A stretch of 64,000 nt of DNA from the NCBI GenBank assembly GCA_964584805.1, contig CAZPAY010000002.1, forward strand, positions 80,311-144,310, in the 5' to 3' direction. Positions 44,463 through 53,071 of this stretch are shown piece by piece; positions within the stretch are counted from its first letter, which is position 1; each line of letters opens with the position of its first letter. The notes beneath the pieces are model-generated. The model was given only the letters and a program-made list of their open reading frames with translations. It was not told the DNA's origin and searched no databases. Source of the DNA: an uncultured Planctomycetales bacterium (GTDB lineage: Bacteria; Planctomycetota; UBA1135). The translations under genes were made by a program, and so were the position numbers.

Positions 44463-46307
44463 ATGGTTAAGCGTAATCCACTCTTGTTTTTAATTCTTGC
44501 GATTATCGCAGGGGCATCGGGCTGTTTCACGGATTCGTTTTTCCAGCAAAGCAATGCGCCATTATCTAATTTAATGGAAGCCGTCCCGCAGCCGCATCGC
44601 GAGGCTTTTTTGATGAGTTTGCACACGCATTCATCGTTTAGCGAAGGCACGGGCACCATGTTCAACCACATGAATCAGGCCGAATTAGCGGGGTACGATG
44701 GCATCTGGTGGACGGATCACATGGGCCGCCAAAATGTCGAGGAGTATTGTCACCGAGTTGGATTTGAAGGTGATCTTCGCGCCGACATCAATTGCGCACC
44801 TTTGGTTTCGGTTGCTTCTTACATGGCGGAAGATTTTTCTCAAGTACCTTCGTCAACGAGTCATTTTGATTGGCTGAAAAAGACCGGAGGGTTGGCCTCC
44901 TATTCAGGTCAGGTCGATTCCGAATCAGGCGACCCCTATTCGGAGGGGCAGTTGCATTATGTCGCTTCGATGCAATACGATCGCATTTCACTTTTTGCCG
45001 AGCCTTTGATTGATTTTGACTTTCGATTAGATGATGTTTTTGGCAAGGCGCGTTTTTCCGTGCGCATTCATTTGTCAAGCAAGTTCGATGGCACTGCGCA
45101 CGGCGAGGAGCGGATCTTGGAGTGCATCCCAGAAGGAATGCCGTATTTTGGTGGTCCGCCTAAATTCGAAATTGTAGAGATCCCTGCTTTGGTTTTGGGT
45201 CAGTGGGCGCATTATCAAATAGATGTGCATGCGCTTGCCGAGCAAGTTTGGGGCGATGAAGTAGACCTGGGGTTGCGCGAGTTCGAATTCGTTTTTGCGG
45301 TTGAGGATGACAGCTCGATTTCATTCCACCTTGATGAAATGTCTTTGATGGCTCCATCGCTTTCTGGCGCAGGCCTCTATTTCGCGCAACGCCGATATAA
45401 AAACAATCACCTCAGCCCGCAAGTGTCTCAATATGTCAGCAGCGAAATCGAAGGCCCCTTTGAGCAAGACATCCTAGATGTCAGTTCGCGCGATCACTTA
45501 GTCGGTTTGTTTCCTGATGATTTGGCAGAGGCTATTTGGTTTGCTCCAGGCACTGCCGCCGCATTGAATTACCCGCAGTCGGGGGTTGATTGGATACACG
45601 AGCGCGATGGCGCGGCCATCTTGGCTCACCTTTATGGCGCCGTAGCTCCGCCGAAAGTTGTTGATGAGGCCACGCGCGATTTTCTGGTATCTCGTGTCGT
45701 CGATGAGCGAGCTTGGGGGGCAGACGGCCTCGAAGTGGGCTATTTTGTGCGTGGGCGACCTTTAAACGAGTTGGTTGCAAGCTGGGATTTGCTCAGCTCA
45801 AAGCGCATTTATCTCACGGGCGTTGGCTCAACAGATAACCATAATGTTGGGCCGTGGGAAGACAGGCTCAACCGCATGGGCTCATGGCTGATTGCCGAAG
45901 ACAAGCAGGCCTCTCATTTGTGTCAGGCGGTAAAGGGCGGTGATGTATTTTTCGGCGACCCTTTTGTCTTTCCACCCGACGGCGATTTGCGCTTTTGGTC
46001 AGTCGACGGAACTTACCAAATGGGTGATGTCGTCCCGCGTGGGGTGAGTGCAGAAAATATTGTGGTAAAGGTCGATGGCGTGCGCGTTGGTGATCGCATG
46101 GTTTTTTATAAAAACGGATTGGTGCATACGACGAGAGATTGTCAGCACTCAAATCAACAATGGCTCATTCCTGTAGATGTTGCGCCAGGCGATTGGGTGC
46201 GCTTTACAATCGGCGAGGCCGGTGAGGAAGCTTATCTATTTTCTAACCCTATTTACTTCATCGAAAAATCAGCGACTCCACCGTCGCATCGTGCGCCTAA
46301 TTTTTAA
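44463..46307 (+). CDS. Lipoprotein with an N-terminal PHP/CehA-McbA-like metallohydrolase motif
   Basis: Lipobox LAIIAGASGC. SLHTHSSFSEGTG and IWWTDHMG. An AAGGAG Shine-Dalgarno site lies 4 nt upstream. Confidence 0.6.
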   Translation: MVKRNPLLFLILAIIAGASGCFTDSFFQQSNAPLSNLMEAVPQPHREAFLMSLHTHSSFSEGTGTMFNHMNQAELAGYDGIWWTDHMGRQNVEEYCHRVGFEGDLRADINCAPLVSVASYMAEDFSQVPSSTSHFDWLKKTGGLASYSGQVDSESGDPYSEGQLHYVASMQYDRISLFAEPLIDFDFRLDDVFGKARFSVRIHLSSKFDGTAHGEERILECIPEGMPYFGGPPKFEIVEIPALVLGQWAHYQIDVHALAEQVWGDEVDLGLREFEFVFAVEDDSSISFHLDEMSLMAPSLSGAGLYFAQRRYKNNHLSPQVSQYVSSEIEGPFEQDILDVSSRDHLVGLFPDDLAEAIWFAPGTAAALNYPQSGVDWIHERDGAAILAHLYGAVAPPKVVDEATRDFLVSRVVDERAWGADGLEVGYFVRGRPLNELVASWDLLSSKRIYLTGVGSTDNHNVGPWEDRLNRMGSWLIAEDKQASHLCQAVKGGDVFFGDPFVFPPDGDLRFWSVDGTYQMGDVVPRGVSAENIVVKVDGVRVGDRMVFYKNGLVHTTRDCQHSNQQWLIPVDVAPGDWVRFTIGEAGEEAYLFSNPIYFIEKSATPPSHRAPNF

Positions 46308-46333
46308 CGCACGATCGTTGAACGAATACAGCT

Positions 46334-48523
46334 CTAGTCGAAAAACTTTTCGCCGTTTTCGGCCATGCGTTTGAGCAAGGGTGCGGGCGTGAATTTGTCG
46401 ATTCCGCCTTTACGGTTTTGGATGTCATCCGCGTCAGCAATTGCTTGTAGGCGGCGCACGACTTCATCGATACCTAGGCTGTCTGCGTAATGGAGAAGGC
46501 CGCCGCGGAATGGGGCAAAGCCGGTGCCAAAAACAGTGGCGAGATCGAGTTCGACTGGACCTTCGACCACATCTTCATCTAAACAGAGCGCGGCTTCATT
46601 GACCATGGTCAAAATGAGTCGGTCAATAATTTGCTCATCACTTAGATTTGCCGCCGTATTAGCGGTTTGGAAGTCGGCAAGGTCGGGGCAAAGTGTGGGC
46701 TTGGCTTTACGCTCGGTTGGGTAGTCGTAAAACCCCTTATTGGTTTTGTGCCCGAGGCGTTGGTCATTCATGAGGGATTGGATGCCATCGCCAGGAATCA
46801 TGCGTGCGCCGTAGGCTTCATTTAGCGAGACGGAAACATGCGAACCAATGTCGAGACCGACCTCGTCAAGTAGGCGCAGTGGCCCCATCGGCATGCCAAA
46901 CTTCAGCATGAGCTTGTCGAGTTTTGCAGGGTTTGCGCCAGCGGTAAACAAACGCGCGGCTTCGTCAAGATAGGGGCCGAGCAGGCGGTTGACCAAGAAG
47001 CCGGCGACATCTTTGACGATGACCGGAGTCTTACCGAGCCGTAGCGCGAGTGCAGCAACTTCAAGAGCTGCTTCACGCGAAGTGTTTTCACCCTGGATGA
47101 CCTCAACCAAGGGCATCGCTTTTACTGGGTTGAAGAAGTGCATGCCCACAACTCGCTCAGGGTGGGGGATGCCATCTGCAATTGCCGCGACGGAAAGCGA
47201 TGAAGTGTTGGTCGCCAAAATCGCATCATCAGCCATTTGCGCGGCCAAACCGCCCAAAACCTTTTGCTTGATTTCCAAAACTTCTGCGACAGCTTCAATG
47301 ACCACTTGGGCACTGCCAAAATCAGTCGTGGAAGTTGTGCCGTCGAGGTGGTCGATGGCGGCAATGCCTTGCGCACGAGTGAGTCGGCGTTTTTTTACTT
47401 TCTTGTCGACGCTCTTGCGGTGCAGACCAACGGCCGTGGCAACAGCTTGACCATCTAAATCGGCCATGCGAGTTTGAATGCCTTTGCCGGCCATTAAACT
47501 AGCAATTCCGCCGCCCATGATGCCTGCGCCAATGACGCCAGCGCGTGCAAATTTGCGTGGCGTAAAGTCATCTGTGCCTTTGCCGAGTTTCTTTGCGGTT
47601 TCCGAAGCATGGAAAATGCCAATCAAACTCTTGCATACAGTTGAAGTCGCGAGGTCGGCGATGGCTTGGGCCTCAAGCTCGACCATGCGTTTGCGCGAGC
47701 GCCCAACGGCACGCACGGCCAACTCAAGTGCGCGAATCGGAGCCGGGTAAAAGCCTTTTGTTTTGCTTAAGACTGCTTTCTTGGCTTGGGAAGCAATGAT
47801 GTTGAGCAAGAGTGGGTTACGATCCACCAACCACGCTTTCATGCCGCGAGTCTTGCGTGTGCATTTCATCCGTCTCATGGCGATGTCGCTGGCGACTTGC
47901 ACTAAGTATTCAGGCTTGGTGATGCGGTCAACAATGCCACGCTTTTTCGCGACTTTGGGTACGAATAACTTACCGGTCAAAATCGCATCGAGCGCCATCG
48001 GCACACCAATGCGCTCAGGCAATCGGTGGGTTCCGCCCCAGCCGGGCAAAATGCCAAGTTGCGTTTCTGGCAGGCCAATGCGTGTTTTGGGGTCATCCAC
48101 CAAAACGGTGCGGTTGCAGCAGAATGTGATTTCGCAGGCACCCCCTGGCACCGGCCCGCCCACGGCAGCGACCGTGTAAGGTTTGAGATTTTCGATACGC
48201 ATGAAAATCGAATGCGCCGCCAGCACGACACCCTTTACGATTTCAGGGTCGGTCAAACTTTTGATGGCATCAATGTCGGCGCCCGCTGCAAAAACCAGTG
48301 GCTCGCGGCCGGTGATGACCACGCCTTTAAGCGTCTTGTCAGCTTCGATTTCATCAAGCGCGAGATCTAAATCACGCAAAAGCGGTGCATCAAAAACCGG
48401 CATCTTGCGATGCGGCGGGTCGAGCACAATTACGGCCAAACCCGATTCAGGCCGCTCAATGCGAATGCACGCGCCCGGCTCAGGAGCATTGTCAGGAGAA
48501 GGAAAACCAGAGAGTTCAATCAT
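46334..48523 (-). CDS. fadJ: Fatty-acid oxidation complex alpha subunit (enoyl-CoA hydratase / 3-hydroxyacyl-CoA dehydrogenase)
   Basis: Crotonase N-terminal half (FAAGADI). VIGAGIMGGGIA Rossmann motif. The thiolase-first gene order matches fadIJ. Confidence 0.9.
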   Translation of the reverse strand: MIELSGFPSPDNAPEPGACIRIERPESGLAVIVLDPPHRKMPVFDAPLLRDLDLALDEIEADKTLKGVVITGREPLVFAAGADIDAIKSLTDPEIVKGVVLAAHSIFMRIENLKPYTVAAVGGPVPGGACEITFCCNRTVLVDDPKTRIGLPETQLGILPGWGGTHRLPERIGVPMALDAILTGKLFVPKVAKKRGIVDRITKPEYLVQVASDIAMRRMKCTRKTRGMKAWLVDRNPLLLNIIASQAKKAVLSKTKGFYPAPIRALELAVRAVGRSRKRMVELEAQAIADLATSTVCKSLIGIFHASETAKKLGKGTDDFTPRKFARAGVIGAGIMGGGIASLMAGKGIQTRMADLDGQAVATAVGLHRKSVDKKVKKRRLTRAQGIAAIDHLDGTTSTTDFGSAQVVIEAVAEVLEIKQKVLGGLAAQMADDAILATNTSSLSVAAIADGIPHPERVVGMHFFNPVKAMPLVEVIQGENTSREAALEVAALALRLGKTPVIVKDVAGFLVNRLLGPYLDEAARLFTAGANPAKLDKLMLKFGMPMGPLRLLDEVGLDIGSHVSVSLNEAYGARMIPGDGIQSLMNDQRLGHKTNKGFYDYPTERKAKPTLCPDLADFQTANTAANLSDEQIIDRLILTMVNEAALCLDEDVVEGPVELDLATVFGTGFAPFRGGLLHYADSLGIDEVVRRLQAIADADDIQNRKGGIDKFTPAPLLKRMAENGEKFFD

Positions 48524-48556
48524 TTCTTTATTCGGATGGACAGTTTGCTGGCAAGA

Positions 48557-49912
48557 TTAAACGCGCTCAAGGACGACGGCGCCGCCTTGGCCGCCCCCAA
48601 TACAGAGAGACGCAATCGTGAGTTCGTGGTCGCTAATTTCCAATTCTTTTGCTGCGGTCAACAACAGACGAGCGCCCGTTGCGCCGACCGGGTGGCCGAG
48701 CGCAATGGCGCCGCCGTTGGGGTTAAGCCGCTCGGTGAAAATTTCACCGAGGGCCTCGCTCCTGCCAAGCTCGCGCTCGGCGAATGAGCGGCTTGCCGAT
48801 GCTTTTACGCAGGCAAGCACTTGAGTCGCGAAAGCTTCATTGATTTCAATCGCGCCCATATCTGACATTTGACAACCCGCTGCATCAAGCGCACGCGCCA
48901 TCGAATAAACCGGGCCGAGGCCCATGCGCCGCGGGTCACAACCCGCCCAAGCCCACGAACGAATTTTCGCGAGTGGTTTCATGCCAAGTGATTCCGCGCG
49001 CTCTTGCGTGGTAATCAACAATGCAGCCGCACCATCTGTAATGCCACAAGCATTGGCCACCGTCACTACACCATCTGGTTTTTCAAAATAGGGGCGCAGT
49101 TTTGCCAAGTTTTTCATCGACTGGTCGTGACGGATGGCATCATCATGCTCCATTAAGAACGGCTTCTTCGGACCACGGCTGCCGTCTTTATTTTTGCTTG
49201 GCTTACCTTTACCTAGAGGGGTAACGGGCACAATTTCATGTGCGAATCGCCCAGACTTTTGTGCGGCGGCGGCGCGTCGATGACTCTCAAGCGCAAATCT
49301 ATCCGCGTCATCACGGCTAATTCCAAAATCGCGCGCGAGCAATTCAGCGGTTGAGCCCATAATCATGCCAGTAAATGGATCAGTCAAGCCTTCCATCAAA
49401 GCGACACGCGGGGCAAGGTGGCCAAGGCGGAATGTTTTCAGCGCGCTTAGCTTTGCGCCGATCGATCGCGCCTTCATCATGGAGGCGAAAAACGCGGTCA
49501 TCTTACGGTTGAAGATAAGTGGATAGCCACTCATCACCTCAACGCCGCCGCACATATATAAATCGCCTTCGCCCGCCAAAATGCTCGACACGGCGGTCGT
49601 CACCGACTCAATGCCCGAAGCACAATTGCGCGCCACCGTGCGTGCCGGGATGCGCTGGGGGATACCCGCGCGCAGTTGAATGATGCGCGCAATGTTGGCT
49701 TGGTCGTGTGGCGGGCCGACCGAGCCAAGGATGACCTCATCCAAACTCTCGGGGTCGAGGCCCGTGCGCGATAAAAGCTCACGCACCACGCGGGCACCTA
49801 AATGCCCCGCATCTTCAGAAGCAAAGGCCACTCCAGCGCGCGCCCACGGAGTGCGGACGCCAGCTGCGATGACCAAGTTAGGACCGTTTTCTTTGGCAGA
49901 GTAGGAAGTCAT
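48557..49912 (-). CDS. fadI: Acetyl-CoA C-acyltransferase (3-ketoacyl-CoA thiolase)
   Basis: TVARNCASGIES active-site Cys region, NPNGGAIALGHPVGATGARL and CIGGGQG. Confidence 0.9.
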   Translation of the reverse strand: MTSYSAKENGPNLVIAAGVRTPWARAGVAFASEDAGHLGARVVRELLSRTGLDPESLDEVILGSVGPPHDQANIARIIQLRAGIPQRIPARTVARNCASGIESVTTAVSSILAGEGDLYMCGGVEVMSGYPLIFNRKMTAFFASMMKARSIGAKLSALKTFRLGHLAPRVALMEGLTDPFTGMIMGSTAELLARDFGISRDDADRFALESHRRAAAAQKSGRFAHEIVPVTPLGKGKPSKNKDGSRGPKKPFLMEHDDAIRHDQSMKNLAKLRPYFEKPDGVVTVANACGITDGAAALLITTQERAESLGMKPLAKIRSWAWAGCDPRRMGLGPVYSMARALDAAGCQMSDMGAIEINEAFATQVLACVKASASRSFAERELGRSEALGEIFTERLNPNGGAIALGHPVGATGARLLLTAAKELEISDHELTIASLCIGGGQGGAVVLERV

Positions 49913-49930
49913 GGTTGCAAGTTGTGCTTA

Positions 49931-49951
49931 ACGGTGTAAACTTTACACTGT
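49931..49951. promoter_or_regulatory. Palindromic operator candidate in the fadIJ / tetR-fadE divergent spacer
   Basis: ACGGTGTAAAcTTTACACTGT. The core GTGTAAA-c-TTTACAC (49934-49948) is a perfect inverted repeat, and 9 of 10 arm positions pair over 21 bp. Confidence 0.6.
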
Positions 49952-50009
49952 AAACCCGCACAAGCGCAAGGCAATTTTTCCACCGGCCTGCCTGAGAGTG
50001 CAAAAAAAC

Positions 50010-50609
50010 ATGACTCGACCTACAACAGATCTCCGCAGTTCGCTTCTTACAGAAGCGCGCCGCATGTTGTTAAGCGACGGCTACAAAAGTCTATCCATGC
50101 GGAAGCTCGCAAAATCTGTGGGCTGCACGGCAACGAGTATTTATCTTTATTTTTCAAATAAAGATGCGCTGATCCACGCGCTTATTGACGAGGGCATGGA
50201 AAAATTACGCGTTGTCCTTGAGGGTGCGCTCGCAGATGCATCTACCGCAAAACAGCGATTAGAGGCCATTTGCCGCGCTTATTTGGATTTTGGCCTCGCC
50301 AATCCAGAGTATTACGAAGCCATGTTTATGTTGCACCCACAACGCATGGAAAGGTACCCCGCAGAAAAATATCGTTTGGCGCGTCGCAATTTAGACTTAT
50401 TCCGCGCGGCACTAGCGGCCGTCCTGAAGCGCCCGCTTAACGATGAAAAACTAAAAATCCCCGCGACCGTGATGTGGACATCTCTCCATGGCACCGTTTC
50501 GTTGCTCATCGCACAGCGTGTCGACGCGCGCCTCTCGCGCAATGCTCTTTTAAGCCAGGCCGTCGAGCAAGCACTTGCGATTCTCCCCACCATCCCTAAG
50601 TCAAAATGA
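50010..50609 (+). CDS. TetR/AcrR family transcriptional regulator (likely acyl-CoA responsive)
   Basis: HTH region YKSLSMRKLAKSVGCTATSIYLYFSNKDAL. ATGA-coupled to fadE. Confidence 0.88.
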   Translation: MTRPTTDLRSSLLTEARRMLLSDGYKSLSMRKLAKSVGCTATSIYLYFSNKDALIHALIDEGMEKLRVVLEGALADASTAKQRLEAICRAYLDFGLANPEYYEAMFMLHPQRMERYPAEKYRLARRNLDLFRAALAAVLKRPLNDEKLKIPATVMWTSLHGTVSLLIAQRVDARLSRNALLSQAVEQALAILPTIPKSK

Positions 50610-53071
50610 CCTTACTTCCTACTTTCCTGCTCTTTTTTGCGATTTATATCGCACTCGGCGTTGTCAGCGCACCCGTCATTTTCTGGACGGCCGCCACGGC
50701 TGGGCTCATCGCGGCGACGGCCGGTTTTGGTGCTAGCGTTTACTGGCTGTGGGCAGTTTTTGCTGCTGTTGCGTTGCTCGTCAATGTGACTTTGCTGCGC
50801 CGCATGTTTGTGAGTCGCCCCCTGATGAACGCGATGATCAAAGGCGGGTTCGTGCCAAAAATCTCGACCACTGAACAAGAAGCGCTCAAAGCAGGCAATG
50901 TCGGGCTTGAGGCAGAGTTGTTCAGCGGTCGTCCTGATTTGAAAAAATTGTTCCGCGCGCCGCTGACCACGCTTAGCGCCGAAGAGCAATCCTTTCTTGA
51001 CAATGAAATCGAGGAAATCTGCGCAAGCTGTAACGACTGGGATGTCTTCCAAAAGCGCGATCTGCCGCCCGTCACTTGGAAGTTGATGCGCGAAATGGGC
51101 GTCTTCGGGATGATTATTCCTAAGGCATATGGTGGCAAAGAATTTTCGGCCACGCTTGTAAGCACGGTGATTGACAAGTTGTCGTCGCGGTCGATTCCGC
51201 TGGGCATTACAGGGATGTTGCCGAATTCGCTTGGCCCAGGTGAGCTATTGAGTCACTACGGCACGCAAGAGCAAAAAGATTACTGGCTTCCGCGCTTGTC
51301 GGGTGGGAAAGAGATACCGGCCTTTGCACTAACTGAGCCTAACGCTGGATCTGATGCGGGGTCCATTACTTCGCGCGCCGATGTTTACCGCGATGATGAA
51401 GGTGAAATTAAACTGCGCCTGAACTGGAGCAAACGCTACATCACGATGGCCAACCGTGCGACCGTTTTGGGTTTGGCGGTTAAGTTGTTTGACCCGCAAA
51501 ATTTGTTGGGTCGCGGCGAAAAGCCGGGCATCACTTGCGTTTTAACACCTACCGACAACCCCGCGGTCAATCGTAAAAAACAGCACGACCCACTGGGTGT
51601 ACCGTTTTTCAATTGTCCGACATCAGGCAAAGATGTCATCGTTGGCCCCGACGCCATTATTGGTGGGCCTGCCGGCGCGGGTCGCGGTTGGGTCATGTTG
51701 ATGGAATGCCTCGCCGCAGGGCGCGGTGTAATGTTGCCCGCGCAAGCGACAACCGGTACAAAGATGGCCGCGCGTGTTTGCGGGTCGTACTCGATGATTC
51801 GCCAGCAGTTTGGCATGAGCATCGGCAAATTTCAGGGTATCGCCGAGCCACTCGCCCGCATTGGCGGGAAGGCTTACATCCTTGAGGCGGCGCGTTTGAT
51901 GAACACAGGTCAGATTGACGCGGGCATTAAATCTTCGGTTTCCTCAGCATTGGCAAAGTATTACTTCACCGAGACCATGCGCGAAACCGTCAACGATGGC
52001 ATGGACATCATGGGCGGCGCTGCGATTTCTCGTGGCCCGCGCAACTTGATGGCATCGGCTTACATCGGCACGCCGATTTCGATTACGGTTGAGGGCGCAA
52101 ATATTCTGACGCGTACTTTGATGATTTTCGGTCAAGGCTCGCTGCGCTGCCACCCCTTTGCATTCCAAGTTTTAAATGGTTTGATTGAGCGTGATTCGCG
52201 CTTGTTTGACCGCGCGATTTGGGGCCATGTTGGTCACATTATCGGAAACGCTTGCCGCTCGGCCGTTTACGGAATTACGCGCGGTCATCTCGCGCCGTCC
52301 CCAGTGGGGGGCCCTGCGAGGCGTTATTGGCAAAAACTGGCTTGGGCGTCTTCGGGTTTTGCGTTCACGGCCGACCTCGCGATGGTGCTTTACGGTGCCG
52401 ACATGAAGCGCCAACAAATGCTTGCCGGTCGATTCGCCGATGCCTTTGGTTGGATGTTTATGGCTGCTAGTGTGTTGCGCCGATTCGAGGCAGATGGCGC
52501 GCTCAAAGAAGATGTGCCGTACATGCAATGGTCGATGGAGCATTGTTTAAAGCGCGTCGATGATGCCATGCACGGCGCATACGATAATTTCCATGCGCCG
52601 CTGATGGGCTTTTTCTTCCGCGGGCCGCTGGCTTGGTTCTATCGCGCGAATCCAATCAGCGCAGGGCCGACTGATTATCTTTCGCAAAAGATTGCTAAGT
52701 TGATGCAAACACCGGGCGATCAGCGCGAGCGTTTGTGCAACAACGCTTTCATGCCTAAAGGTGATGACGAGCATTTGCCGCGTCTTGAAGAGGCGTTTGT
52801 TCTCGTAACGCACGCTGCCGAAGTTATTAAGAAAATCCGCGCAGCGCAAAAGGCGAAAAAACTCGATCGAGGTCGGCCAACTGCGATGCTTGAGGCTGCA
52901 CTTGCAGCTGATGTGATTACAGCAGATGATGTCAAGTTAATGGCCGATGCCGCCGCCGCCCGCGATGATGCGATTCAGGTTGATTCGTTTACCGAGGCCG
53001 AATACTTAGCAACTGCTGCCGACGGTGGTTGGGGCGATGGCGACGGCATGGCTGATTTCGACTTAAGCTAG
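50606..53071 (+). CDS. fadE: Acyl-CoA dehydrogenase, FadE type (N-terminal TM helices, long C-terminal domain)
   Basis: At 821 aa it has two N-terminal hydrophobic helices, LTEPNAGSDAGS and MGGAAISRGPRN. Confidence 0.9.
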   Translation: MTLLPTFLLFFAIYIALGVVSAPVIFWTAATAGLIAATAGFGASVYWLWAVFAAVALLVNVTLLRRMFVSRPLMNAMIKGGFVPKISTTEQEALKAGNVGLEAELFSGRPDLKKLFRAPLTTLSAEEQSFLDNEIEEICASCNDWDVFQKRDLPPVTWKLMREMGVFGMIIPKAYGGKEFSATLVSTVIDKLSSRSIPLGITGMLPNSLGPGELLSHYGTQEQKDYWLPRLSGGKEIPAFALTEPNAGSDAGSITSRADVYRDDEGEIKLRLNWSKRYITMANRATVLGLAVKLFDPQNLLGRGEKPGITCVLTPTDNPAVNRKKQHDPLGVPFFNCPTSGKDVIVGPDAIIGGPAGAGRGWVMLMECLAAGRGVMLPAQATTGTKMAARVCGSYSMIRQQFGMSIGKFQGIAEPLARIGGKAYILEAARLMNTGQIDAGIKSSVSSALAKYYFTETMRETVNDGMDIMGGAAISRGPRNLMASAYIGTPISITVEGANILTRTLMIFGQGSLRCHPFAFQVLNGLIERDSRLFDRAIWGHVGHIIGNACRSAVYGITRGHLAPSPVGGPARRYWQKLAWASSGFAFTADLAMVLYGADMKRQQMLAGRFADAFGWMFMAASVLRRFEADGALKEDVPYMQWSMEHCLKRVDDAMHGAYDNFHAPLMGFFFRGPLAWFYRANPISAGPTDYLSQKIAKLMQTPGDQRERLCNNAFMPKGDDEHLPRLEEAFVLVTHAAEVIKKIRAAQKAKKLDRGRPTAMLEAALAADVITADDVKLMADAAAARDDAIQVDSFTEAEYLATAADGGWGDGDGMADFDLS

